From Minisyncoccota bacterium (GTDB taxonomy: Bacteria; Patescibacteriota; Minisyncoccia; Minisyncoccales; Minisyncoccaceae), in the NCBI GenBank assembly GCA_028717005.1, contig JAQUOQ010000001.1:1-34151 (forward strand): a DNA stretch of 34,151 nucleotides, read 5' to 3'. The translations under genes and the position numbers were made by a program. Positions 15,099 through 23,624 of this stretch are shown here, one piece after another. Position 1 is the first letter of the stretch. Every line of letters begins with the position of its first letter. Under the pieces are notes generated by a model. The model was not told where the DNA came from. It saw only the letters and a program-made list of their open reading frames with translations, and searched no databases.

Positions 15099-15461
15099 CT
15101 AAAGAAATGTGCTGATTTTTTCTAGTATTTCTTTAGGGTTAAAGTTTGATTTAATCAAATACTCTTTCGCTCCCAGGGCAAATGCCTTATTTTTGGTTTC
15201 GGCATCGTCAAAATTAGAAAGAATAATAACCGGAACATCCTCCAAGCCCTTGATATCTTTCCTTTTTTCCAGGAAATAAATACCGTTTCGCTTAGGCAAA
15301 AGAATATCCAAAATTATTAAATCGGGCTTTTCTTTCTCAGCGATTTTAAGCCCATCATCAACATCCATTGCATTAAAAACCTCATAGCCTTCCTTCGCGA
15401 ATTTAAACCTATACATTTCGGAAAGTATCTTTTCGTCTTCAATAATAAGTATTTTTTTCAT
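15099..15461 (-). CDS. Stand-alone response regulator receiver domain (CheY-like, no output domain)
   Basis: 120 aa with the acidic pocket IIEDE, a phospho-acceptor context LIILDILLP, and a conserved Lys in EYLIKS. Confidence 0.88.
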   Translation of the reverse strand: MKKILIIEDEKILSEMYRFKFAKEGYEVFNAMDVDDGLKIAEKEKPDLIILDILLPKRNGIYFLEKRKDIKGLEDVPVIILSNFDDAETKNKAFALGAKEYLIKSNFNPKEILEKISTFL

Positions 15462-15477
15462 ATTTTTAAATTTATTT

Positions 15478-17085
15478 TTATTTTAGATTATCGGCAAGAA
15501 CAAAATCCTGCCGAGGTTGTAATTCGGTTTTAATAGGAAGTTCTATATAAAAAGTACTGCCTTTGTTTTTACCATCGGAATCGGCCCAGATTTTTCCGTT
15601 GTGCATTTCAATAAAATTCCTCGCAACATATAATCCGAGCCCGGTTCCTTGTGTATATATTTCACTCGCTCCCTTGCCGCGCGAAAAACTTTTAAATATC
15701 TTGCTGAAATCTTCTTTATCAAGGCCAACGCCCGTATCCGTAATTTGAATAAGGATATTTGCAGGCATTTTCTTTGTTTCAATTGTTACTCCGCCCTTTA
15801 AAGTATAATGTACGGCATTATTAATAAGATTGTTTAATGCTTGTTTAATCTTTTCGGGATCTCCTTTTATTGATGGCAGTTTAGCCCTTGATTTTTTGTA
15901 CTTTATGTAAAGCCCCTTATCTTTCGCTAATATTTCGATATCCTTTATGCACTCTTCGAGAAGACTATCCACGGAAACATCCTGCATTTTTAATTCTATC
16001 TGCCCCTTTTCTAGCCTGCTTACGGAAAGGAGACTGTTTACCAATTTAATCATATTAACGCTGGCCTCGTATATATAATCAACAGCAACTTCCGCCTGAT
16101 CCGGGAATTCGCCATAATCACCGTCTTTAAGCATTGAGGCATATCCTCGAATCGCAGCTAATGGGGTCCGCAATTGGTGAGAAGCAATGGAGATAAACTC
16201 GGTTTTAAGTTTGCTTATTCTTTCTGCCTCTTCTTTTCTCTCAATCTCTTCACGCGTAGCTTTAACCAAATAATAACCAAATACTAAAAATAAAATAAAT
16301 ATCGTAATCGTTAAAACCTTTAAATCTTCTGTCGGCATAACAAAGGGCAAAATCAATAAAATTATACCCATTATTTCTACAAGCAATTCAGTCAATAACA
16401 ACCTAATATTAAATAGATGGTATTTAATGGCGGCCATTCCTGAAAAATAGTAAAATAAAACAACCGCTATTTGTCCAAGTATAAGGACTAGTGGAAAAAT
16501 TCCAAAACCAAACATAAAAGGAAAATTAAAAGCTCCGCCAAGAAAACCAAAAACCGTTCCCAGAACAAGATAATTAATTTGATGGTTTTTTTCTATATCA
16601 GCATTTTTTCGCGCTTTTAATAATTCGTAAACGCCATAACCGGTCAAACCGAAATAACCAAATATTAAGAAAAGCACATAAAGTGGACCGGCTTGCGGCC
16701 AATAAGGAAATGATAATACCTGTTTAACTGAAGTAATATAAAGAGGAGTGAAACTAAACAAACAAAACAAGATTGTAATCGAATATCCGAAAAATAATAT
16801 TTTTTTCTTTTCTTTAACTATATTCAAAATACTTAATACACAGTGAAGATAAAAAATCGGGATAATGGTGGCTCCTAAATTAAGCACTTTTGACCAAAAA
16901 AGAGCATCTGACTCTGTTCCCGCGATCATCCATCGAGCGTATGCAAAACTCCAAAGCGAAACACCTACGCCCATCAAGAAAAAATTTCTATTTGTTGAAT
17001 TTTTCCGATCTTTAAGAAAAACGAACAAGCCAAAGAGGATTGAAACACTGCCATTTATAAGATTAACTAAAACGTAATAATTCAT
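15478..17085 (-). CDS. Sensor histidine kinase with an N-terminal 7TM-type membrane domain
   Basis: 535 aa with the H box SIASHQLRTPL, N box NLINNAVHYT, G1 DTGVGL and G2 GTGLGLYV. The first ~270 aa are polytopic. Confidence 0.9.
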   Translation of the reverse strand: MNYYVLVNLINGSVSILFGLFVFLKDRKNSTNRNFFLMGVGVSLWSFAYARWMIAGTESDALFWSKVLNLGATIIPIFYLHCVLSILNIVKEKKKILFFGYSITILFCLFSFTPLYITSVKQVLSFPYWPQAGPLYVLFLIFGYFGLTGYGVYELLKARKNADIEKNHQINYLVLGTVFGFLGGAFNFPFMFGFGIFPLVLILGQIAVVLFYYFSGMAAIKYHLFNIRLLLTELLVEIMGIILLILPFVMPTEDLKVLTITIFILFLVFGYYLVKATREEIERKEEAERISKLKTEFISIASHQLRTPLAAIRGYASMLKDGDYGEFPDQAEVAVDYIYEASVNMIKLVNSLLSVSRLEKGQIELKMQDVSVDSLLEECIKDIEILAKDKGLYIKYKKSRAKLPSIKGDPEKIKQALNNLINNAVHYTLKGGVTIETKKMPANILIQITDTGVGLDKEDFSKIFKSFSRGKGASEIYTQGTGLGLYVARNFIEMHNGKIWADSDGKNKGSTFYIELPIKTELQPRQDFVLADNLK

Positions 17086-17107
17086 AAAAAATTGGGGAAA
17101 TAATTAT

Positions 17108-18028
17108 TTAAATCCCTATCCCCATGTTATGAAAACCATATTCATCGGTAAAGTTTTGTTGCCACTTTAATCCGGATTTTCTAAAAATATTTTTAAGCAA
17201 TTCCTCCTCCTTAAAAATTAATTTCCAATTAAGAATTTTTTCCATGAGAAAATAGGTGAACGGATCGTCCTCGAGCATTTTTGGAGTAACGTTGCTTGCC
17301 ATAATGCAACCGCCTCTCGCTAACATTCTTTTGGTGTTTTTTAATACCAAAACGCATGTTTCAGACGGCAGTCCGCAAAGCACGCCCACTAAAAGTATAA
17401 TATCAAATTTCTTTTTGGGCTTATGCTTCATAAAATTAATACCCAAAAAATCTATTTTATTTTCAACATTGCCGATCTTAGCCAATAATTTGCCTCTTTT
17501 TATTGAAAAGCCATCCCTATCTATACTTACAGCATCAATATTATCATTATCAACATAATATTTGGAAAAAACATCCGAAATGTCCCGACTGGGTCCACCC
17601 CCCACATTACCTATTAAAACTTTTTCATTTTTCTCAAAATACTTTTCGATTAAAGAATGAATATTTTCTTCCACTTTTTCTATTCGCGACCGTATCGCTT
17701 TTCCGCTTTTAGATGCTAAAAAATATTTGTCGATAGGATGGTTAAGATTAGGTCTCACATAGAGAAGCTCTGTGACGATTGAAGTGGCGGGATTAGCCAT
17801 CGTGGCCGCACTAAAAACGCTGTTATTTATAAAATACTCAAGTACATATTCTTCGGTATTGGCGGGTAGCGATGCTCCCAAGTATTTAGTAATTAAAAAA
17901 TCTTTGACTTTTTTATTGTCTTTTTCAATAAATTTTAACAGATCAAAAACGCATTCATCGAAATTAAGCTTCTCGACAAATTCTTTAACAGAATAATTTT
18001 TACTATCTATATCGATGGATTTTGGCAT
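17108..18028 (-). CDS. Putative class I SAM-dependent methyltransferase
   Basis: 306 aa with a glycine-rich motif I-like segment VLIGNVGGGPSRD, an acidic residue after beta-2 (AVSIDRD), and FDIILLVGVLCGL followed by MLARGGCIMASN. The substrate is unknown. Confidence 0.5.
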   Translation of the reverse strand: MPKSIDIDSKNYSVKEFVEKLNFDECVFDLLKFIEKDNKKVKDFLITKYLGASLPANTEEYVLEYFINNSVFSAATMANPATSIVTELLYVRPNLNHPIDKYFLASKSGKAIRSRIEKVEENIHSLIEKYFEKNEKVLIGNVGGGPSRDISDVFSKYYVDNDNIDAVSIDRDGFSIKRGKLLAKIGNVENKIDFLGINFMKHKPKKKFDIILLVGVLCGLPSETCVLVLKNTKRMLARGGCIMASNVTPKMLEDDPFTYFLMEKILNWKLIFKEEELLKNIFRKSGLKWQQNFTDEYGFHNMGIGI

Positions 18029-18108
18029 CTAATCTTGATTCCACTTTGCTAATATCTAATATTATACAGAATTAACCGGGTGCCTGCAATACAACAAACT
18101 CCGATTAG

Positions 18109-19443
18109 TTAGTCGGCACAGGCGCCGAGATATTTGGATTTAATCTCCTGGCTTAGATTATAAATATTGCCCGCGCCCATCATAATCACAACCTCCTTTC
18201 CGGAAAAATATTCTTCCAATTTAGTACTGTCGGACAAGTAAATGCATTTCTCCCCGATTTTTTCCGCCAATATTTTAGAATTATAATTTTTGGCAATATC
18301 CCCGCCCTCCCGACCGATTACATCATATACATCTAGGAGAATTAAATCATCCACCCATTTTTCGGCCAATGCTTTTTTAAAAACATTAATAAAATCCGAC
18401 CACAGAAATTGCGTTCGCTGGTATTGGTGGGGCTGGAAAACGCATAATATTTTTTTATCTTTGTATTTTTCGCGTGCCGACGCAAGCATTGCCCCTATTT
18501 CCGTGGGATGATGGGCATAATCATCTATCAGGGTAAAGCCAGGCAAATCTATCGTATCAAACCGGCGCCAAGAACCATAAAATTGTGATAGCGCCATCAA
18601 AGATACCTCGTCCGAAATATTCAAAAGCCTTGCCACGCCAAGCGCGGCCAACCCGTTTAAAATATTATAGTCTCCGGGAACTTTCAAAATGGCTTTAATC
18701 TTTTGCGCATCTTCTTTATTTTCTTCCAAAGAAAAATTACTGATTTTCGCCTTTGTTTCTATTTGCGCATTTCTGCCTTTAATCACAAATCCGTCTTCCG
18801 GTACTTGCCCTGCAAATTCATTAAATGCGCGCTTAATATTCTCCAATGTTTTGTAGTAATCAAGATGATCTCCCTCGATATTCGTGATAACCGCTATTTG
18901 CGGCCGGTAATTAAGAAAAGATTCCTCGTGTTCGCACGCCTCGATAACAAAATATTTTGACTTGCCCATCCGAAAATTAGAATTGCCGAATTCTTTTAGT
19001 TTTGTCCCGACAACAACAGTCGGATCCAATCCGGCCTTGATTAATATCAGCGCGACCATTGCGGTCGTAGTGCTTTTTCCATGGGTGCCGGCAATGGCTA
19101 TTGTATATTTTTCTTTTGTCATTTCGCCCAGTGCCTCGGGATAACTTAAGCACTTTATCCCCCTGCCTTTCGCTTCCATCAATTCCGGATTGTCATTTTT
19201 AACCGCCGGGCTGTAAATTACCAAATCATACTGCGCCTCACTGGAACTGGCGAAAGCGGGGTTCGCCGAAATATTTTCTTTTTTTTGCGGCCCAATCACG
19301 ATATTAGCGCCTAATTTCGAAAGCATTTCTGTCATTTCCGACGCATACGCATCAGAACCGAAAACTTTATCGCCTTTTTGAAGGTAATATTGCGCCAAAG
19401 CAGAAACTCCGATTCCCCCAATGCCAATAAAATATATTTTCAT
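18109..19443 (-). CDS. murC: UDP-N-acetylmuramate--L-alanine ligase
   Basis: 444 aa with N-terminal IYFIGIGGIGVSALAQYYL and the Mur ligase P-loop GTHGKSTTT. Confidence 0.92.
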   Translation of the reverse strand: MKIYFIGIGGIGVSALAQYYLQKGDKVFGSDAYASEMTEMLSKLGANIVIGPQKKENISANPAFASSSEAQYDLVIYSPAVKNDNPELMEAKGRGIKCLSYPEALGEMTKEKYTIAIAGTHGKSTTTAMVALILIKAGLDPTVVVGTKLKEFGNSNFRMGKSKYFVIEACEHEESFLNYRPQIAVITNIEGDHLDYYKTLENIKRAFNEFAGQVPEDGFVIKGRNAQIETKAKISNFSLEENKEDAQKIKAILKVPGDYNILNGLAALGVARLLNISDEVSLMALSQFYGSWRRFDTIDLPGFTLIDDYAHHPTEIGAMLASAREKYKDKKILCVFQPHQYQRTQFLWSDFINVFKKALAEKWVDDLILLDVYDVIGREGGDIAKNYNSKILAEKIGEKCIYLSDSTKLEEYFSGKEVVIMMGAGNIYNLSQEIKSKYLGACAD

Positions 19444-19445
19444 TT

Positions 19446-20036
19446 TTATTTAAGGTTAAAAGATTTTAAAATAGTATATTCTGCTCCGCCTTTTTTAAGC
19501 TCGCTTTCCATCACCTCTATAGTTCTAACGCCAAATACATGCGGAAAATCTTTGTTTAGCTCGGTTATCTCCTCGGGATTTATCCTCGCCCACTGCCATT
19601 GTACAATCCGGCCTAAGGTTATGTGCGGAATAAAGCCGCTGTTTTCTCTTTCCAAATTTATGTTTGGATGTTCCAAGAGGCTAGCCTCCAGTTTTTGCTG
19701 CAAATTGCCGAGTTCCGTTGATTTTTCTCCGTTTATCCATACCATTTTAGGCGGAATTTTTCCCGGAGGGGCGTAATCAATATTTTTTAACTTTAAATCA
19801 AAAGCGTCGGTATCATCAGCCACATTTTGGACTATATTAAACACCTGGGCCAGATCGTCCAGTTCAAGATAGCCGACAAAAAATAAGGTAACATGCAAAT
19901 TATTTTTTTTGGTCCACTTTATCGGAGAAGCGCCGGTAAAATAAGCAAAGGAGCTGTCCACCTCCTGCTGGATTTCATACGCCCTCTCTTTTACCTTATC
20001 CGGCAAATTAATCGCTATAAAAATCCTTTTTTTCAT
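19446..20036 (-). CDS. thpR: RNA 2',3'-cyclic phosphodiesterase (2H family, LigT/ThpR)
   Basis: 196 aa with two HxT motifs, LHVTLFF and PHITLGR, at the spacing typical of 2H phosphoesterases. Confidence 0.8.
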   Translation of the reverse strand: MKKRIFIAINLPDKVKERAYEIQQEVDSSFAYFTGASPIKWTKKNNLHVTLFFVGYLELDDLAQVFNIVQNVADDTDAFDLKLKNIDYAPPGKIPPKMVWINGEKSTELGNLQQKLEASLLEHPNINLERENSGFIPHITLGRIVQWQWARINPEEITELNKDFPHVFGVRTIEVMESELKKGGAEYTILKSFNLK

Positions 20037-20072
20037 GGTTTTAGGATAGCAGATTTTTGTCCTGCCTTCAAC

Positions 20073-20099
20073 AAAAAAAGACGGGTTTTAAGCGTCTTT
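20073..20099 (-). terminator. Weak intrinsic terminator downstream of the 72-aa ORF
   Basis: The minus strand reads AAAGACG cttaaaacc CGTCTTT followed by TTTTTT. Confidence 0.4.
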
Positions 20100-20102
20100 A
20101 TT

Positions 20103-20321
20103 TTAAATGTGAATCGCCTGAGCGGCCGGCGGGCTGAATTGAGTAAGAACTGCTTCCATGATTTTTGGGGTGGCGCATTGGACTAGCGTTATCCTGGTTC
20201 CGTCACCTTTCTTAAGATGTTTAATCTTTTTCGGAGACACTCCCAAATTGACGAGGCCCTTGCTGGTTATGATAACATCTCGGTACTCGAGTGTGGCATA
20301 GATAGGCATTTTCTTATTCAT
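20103..20321 (-). CDS. Small hypothetical protein (72 aa)
   Basis: The ORF has GGATG 8 nt upstream of its ATG and a terminator-like hairpin downstream. I cannot assign a family with confidence. Confidence 0.45.
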   Translation of the reverse strand: MNKKMPIYATLEYRDVIITSKGLVNLGVSPKKIKHLKKGDGTRITLVQCATPKIMEAVLTQFSPPAAQAIHI

Positions 20322-20440
20322 TTTTTCACATCCTTTGTACTGTTTATCAGTATAGTCGAATCTGCCTTTTTGTCAAAATATTTTTCCGGCGAAACCCTTA
20401 TCTTGTTTTAAAAATACAACAGTATATAATAAAATATACT

Positions 20441-21103
20441 ATGAAAATCGATCTGCATTGCCACAGCTATTATTCGTGGGACGGATCATCGTCTCCGCGC
20501 GAAATCATTAAACAAGCCCTAAACGCCGGGCTTGATGGCGTTGCCATAACCGATCACGAAACCGCGGCAGCTTGGACGGAAGCAGCTGCGATTGGTAGCG
20601 AACTTAACGCAAAAATAATTTTCGGCGAAGAAATAAAGACAAACAAGGGAGATATTTTGGGATTATTTTTAAACAAACAAATAGACGGAAAAGGCAAAGA
20701 TCCCGTCTGGGTTATAAACGAAATCAAAAAGCAAGGCGGCGTAGCAATAATTCCCCATCCCTGCCATGGCACGGAGAGATTTAAAGATGATTTATCAAAA
20801 TACTTGAATATCATTGATGGTATAGAGGTTTTCAACGGGCGGCTGCCTTTTTCGATGCCCGACAGAATGGCGCGCGAATTCGCCGAAAAAAATAATTTAG
20901 CTATGACCGGCGGCAGCGATGCCCATTACCATAAAGGGATCGGCACTGTCTATACGGAATGCGCCGCCCAAACTCTTGATGAATTTAAAAACTGCCTTTT
21001 AAACAGAAAATCTGCTGTGCATGGAAAAAAAGCCCCGCTTTTTTACGCAGCATTTCCATTTTTGAGAAAAATTGGCCTGCTAAAAGGTGCAAAAATTATC
21101 TGA
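20441..21103 (+). CDS. PHP-domain metal-dependent phosphoesterase
   Basis: 220 aa with the N-terminal motif DLHCHSYYSWDG, then AITDHET, IPHPCH and GGSDAHY. Confidence 0.85.
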   Translation: MKIDLHCHSYYSWDGSSSPREIIKQALNAGLDGVAITDHETAAAWTEAAAIGSELNAKIIFGEEIKTNKGDILGLFLNKQIDGKGKDPVWVINEIKKQGGVAIIPHPCHGTERFKDDLSKYLNIIDGIEVFNGRLPFSMPDRMAREFAEKNNLAMTGGSDAHYHKGIGTVYTECAAQTLDEFKNCLLNRKSAVHGKKAPLFYAAFPFLRKIGLLKGAKII

Positions 21104-21752
21104 AAAAATCAACTAAATCTTTAAGCGAAGTTAAAACTTTGTCGGCTTTATCAAAATTGTGGCTATTCGAAAATTCGTGCGGCACCACAAAACAATAGGC
21201 ACCGGCTCTCTTGGCTGCTTCAAGGCCATGTTCTGTGTCCTCTATCACCAAACATTGGTTTGGCGAAAGGTTTAACTCCTGCATCGCTTTCAAATAAATA
21301 TCGGGAAACGGTTTCGCTTTTTCAACATCTGTTTTTGTTATCACAACAGAAAAATATCTGGCAAAGCCATTTCTCTCCAGTTTTACCTCCATCTCTTCTT
21401 TGTTGCCATTTGTGCACAACGCTATTTTAAATCTCGGATTATTGTGAAAATACTCCACAGCTTCTCGCGCGCAAGGCATCAGCTCCAAATTGTCTTTGCC
21501 ATATAATTTTAGCATCAACTCGTCTTTCCTTTTTACTAGCGATCCCTTTTCGATTTTCAAATTATTTTTTTTGGCAATCATTTCCTCTATTTCTTCGCTT
21601 GTTTTTCCGGCGTAAAGGAAATAATCTTCCGGCTGAATGGAAAGATTATACTCAGCTAAAATCTCGTCCCATGCTTTTGCCTGGCGATATTCGCTACGGA
21701 ACAATGTTCCGTCAGAATCAAACAATATTCCTTGTATATCTTCTTTGTTCAT
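21096..21752 (-). CDS. HAD-superfamily hydrolase, subfamily IA (beta-phosphoglucomutase/phosphatase-like)
   Basis: 218 aa with motif I LFDSDGTL and motif IV VIEDTEHGLEAAKRAG. It converges on the PHP gene with an 8-nt overlap. Confidence 0.85.
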   Translation of the reverse strand: MNKEDIQGILFDSDGTLFRSEYRQAKAWDEILAEYNLSIQPEDYFLYAGKTSEEIEEMIAKKNNLKIEKGSLVKRKDELMLKLYGKDNLELMPCAREAVEYFHNNPRFKIALCTNGNKEEMEVKLERNGFARYFSVVITKTDVEKAKPFPDIYLKAMQELNLSPNQCLVIEDTEHGLEAAKRAGAYCFVVPHEFSNSHNFDKADKVLTSLKDLVDFFR

Positions 21753-21792
21753 CTTCGCGATAAAATATTTACATTTAAATAATAATCTTAAA

Positions 21793-21829
21793 TAAAAAAA
21801 AGCGCAAGGATTTTATAACTTTACTTGCG
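21793..21829 (-). terminator. Intrinsic terminator of the 231-aa ORF
   Basis: The minus strand reads GCGCAAG (15-nt loop containing the stop codon) CTTGCGC followed by TTTTTTTT. Confidence 0.55.
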
Positions 21830-22508
21830 CGATTACATCGAGCTTTTCCAAAATTTTGGAAATGTTCGAATAATTAACCTGGCCGATCACATCTTTAACG
21901 CCCCGCGCCAAAAAAAGATTTTTCCGTTTCGGAGTCGATGCGACGCCTATCGGCACTAATTCATTACCGTTTGGTAGGGGCAATCGGAAAGGCGAACCGC
22001 TAACATAAATTAATCTTGCCGCGATAAGGCCGCCCTTGAGATCGCTTACTTTCTCCATGTTACATCCGAACACTGCTTTCATCGTATCTTGCAATCCTCT
22101 GCGGCGCGCCCATATAATCGCCAAATTCGCTTCCATTGGAGCAACAATCATTTGCGAGATATCCGGATATTGTTTATCTAATCGATATATCGCTTCCATG
22201 GCGGTTTTTGCGATAGGCGGGTCCTCATGCACTTTATTTATTTCTTGTTTGTAAAAATCGATAGTGCATTTCATCCGCTTACAGATTTCCGCTTCTGGAA
22301 CTAACTTCGCCAACAATTCTTTAGGCGAAACATAGTCTTCCGCTGAACACTGCAAGAGCACTTCTTCTTGCCTAAGCTTGAAATGCCTGCTGATGCATTC
22401 CGCCGCGATGCGGGCTCGGATTTTGTCTACTGCGACAATGGCCGTATAATCCCATATAACAGCTCTTTTACCATCAAATTTTTCACGATTTAAAGCCAAT
22501 TTAGTCAC
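21813..22508 (-). CDS. Hypothetical protein, stand-alone transcription unit
   Basis: 231 aa with a GTG start as given in the track (a TTG three codons downstream has better spacing from GAGGGG). It has its own promoter-like element and terminator. I recognise no catalytic motif. Confidence 0.55.
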   Translation of the reverse strand: MTKLALNREKFDGKRAVIWDYTAIVAVDKIRARIAAECISRHFKLRQEEVLLQCSAEDYVSPKELLAKLVPEAEICKRMKCTIDFYKQEINKVHEDPPIAKTAMEAIYRLDKQYPDISQMIVAPMEANLAIIWARRRGLQDTMKAVFGCNMEKVSDLKGGLIAARLIYVSGSPFRLPLPNGNELVPIGVASTPKRKNLFLARGVKDVIGQVNYSNISKILEKLDVIAQVKL

Positions 22509-22534
22509 CCCTCTTTTAAAAAATGACTATTTTA

Positions 22535-22562
22535 AGTATAACCTGTTTGCAGATTTTGTCAA
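22535..22562 (-). promoter_or_regulatory. Near-consensus promoter TTGACA-N16-TATACT for the 231-aa ORF
   Basis: On the minus strand TTGACA is at 22562-22557 and TATACT at 22540-22535. Confidence 0.45.
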
Positions 22563-22618
22563 AAACAATAAAAAAGGCGTAAAATTTTTACCTTACACCC
22601 CCAAAAATCAACTTTCTT

Positions 22619-23266
22619 TTAGAATGTTTTATTTTTATTGATGTTAATGGCGGACCATACTCGCTGGATTGCCGTAAAATTTGCCAGTAACGCCATAATA
22701 AATATAACAGCTGATGCGTAATGATAGTCCGGGTACAAAGCAGCAAAAATCAGTGCGACGAAAAGAAGTATCAATCTCTCCGCGCGAGACAATAAGCCAT
22801 CTTTTAATTCCTGATTAACAAGATCTTTTTCCCTAGCCGCCGCCTTCGCGTAGGTAGTGACGATCGAACCGAACATAGTTAAATATATCCAAACATAGCC
22901 CGGCACGAAAAATATAGCGGGCAAATTAACGAAAAGAAAGCCTAATAAAATTATGCCCTCTACATATCTGTCAAAAATCGTATCAAGATATGCGCCGACC
23001 TTGGTGCTTATATTTTTTTGCCTGGCCACAGCTCCGTCGATAAAATCCAGAAACGAAGCGATTAGAAAAAATAAAATCGCCCACCAGAATAATTCCTTTG
23101 CTATTAGGGATGCGCCAACTATAGCTACTGCCCCAGACAAAAGCGTATATTGGTTCGGCGTAAGAGGTAAAACTCCAAACATTTTACCAATAATTACTTC
23201 CACATCTTTAAACCAGCTTCTTTTTGTATCCAACATATTAAAATATATTGTTTTAAAACAACCCAT
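22619..23266 (-). CDS. CDP-alcohol phosphatidyltransferase (size and context fit a phosphatidylinositol-phosphate synthase-type enzyme)
   Basis: 215 aa and polytopic, with the complete signature D-G-x2-A-R-x8-G-x3-D-x3-D in DFIDGAVARQKNISTKVGAYLDTIFDR. Confidence 0.85.
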   Translation of the reverse strand: MGCFKTIYFNMLDTKRSWFKDVEVIIGKMFGVLPLTPNQYTLLSGAVAIVGASLIAKELFWWAILFFLIASFLDFIDGAVARQKNISTKVGAYLDTIFDRYVEGIILLGFLFVNLPAIFFVPGYVWIYLTMFGSIVTTYAKAAAREKDLVNQELKDGLLSRAERLILLFVALIFAALYPDYHYASAVIFIMALLANFTAIQRVWSAININKNKTF

Positions 23267-23287
23267 AGGTTGCTTAAAATATCATTA

Positions 23288-23587
23288 TCAAATTTTGAGC
23301 AATAAATTTTGGCAAAAATTTTTCGTGTTTTCCAATTCTTTTATTCCTTTATCCGTAGTCTTGTAAGCTTTTTCGCTTTTAAGTTTTTCCTTGCTGATAT
23401 ATCCATCGTTCTTAAGGCGGAATAAAACAGTTCGAACCATCAGCTCATTCGGCAGAAAGCCAAATTTTTCAAATATCAGGCGCGATGTCTCTTTTTGCTG
23501 AACCTCTTGTTCTTTGCCGAGAGAAAGGATGTAAATCCAGAGATTACCATCGGTAACAGAACTTATAAATCTTTTGTTTGGTTCCAT
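23288..23587 (-). CDS. PadR-like winged-helix transcriptional regulator
   Basis: 99 aa. NLWIYILSL ... RTVLFRLKNDGYIS ... KAYKTTDKGIKEL matches the PadR layout. It is a paralogue of 24899-25213. Confidence 0.7.
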   Translation of the reverse strand: MEPNKRFISSVTDGNLWIYILSLGKEQEVQQKETSRLIFEKFGFLPNELMVRTVLFRLKNDGYISKEKLKSEKAYKTTDKGIKELENTKNFCQNLLLKI

Positions 23588-23624
23588 GCTTATAATATTA
23601 TAATTATAATTTATTTTTAATATA

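Noticed and set aside
20103-20321. The 72-aa protein as an AbrB/SpoVT-type antitoxin-like DNA binder.
   Set aside because: The resemblance (ITSKGLVNLGV...KKGD) is too weak to call by eye, and there is no adjacent toxin-like partner. I left it as hypothetical.
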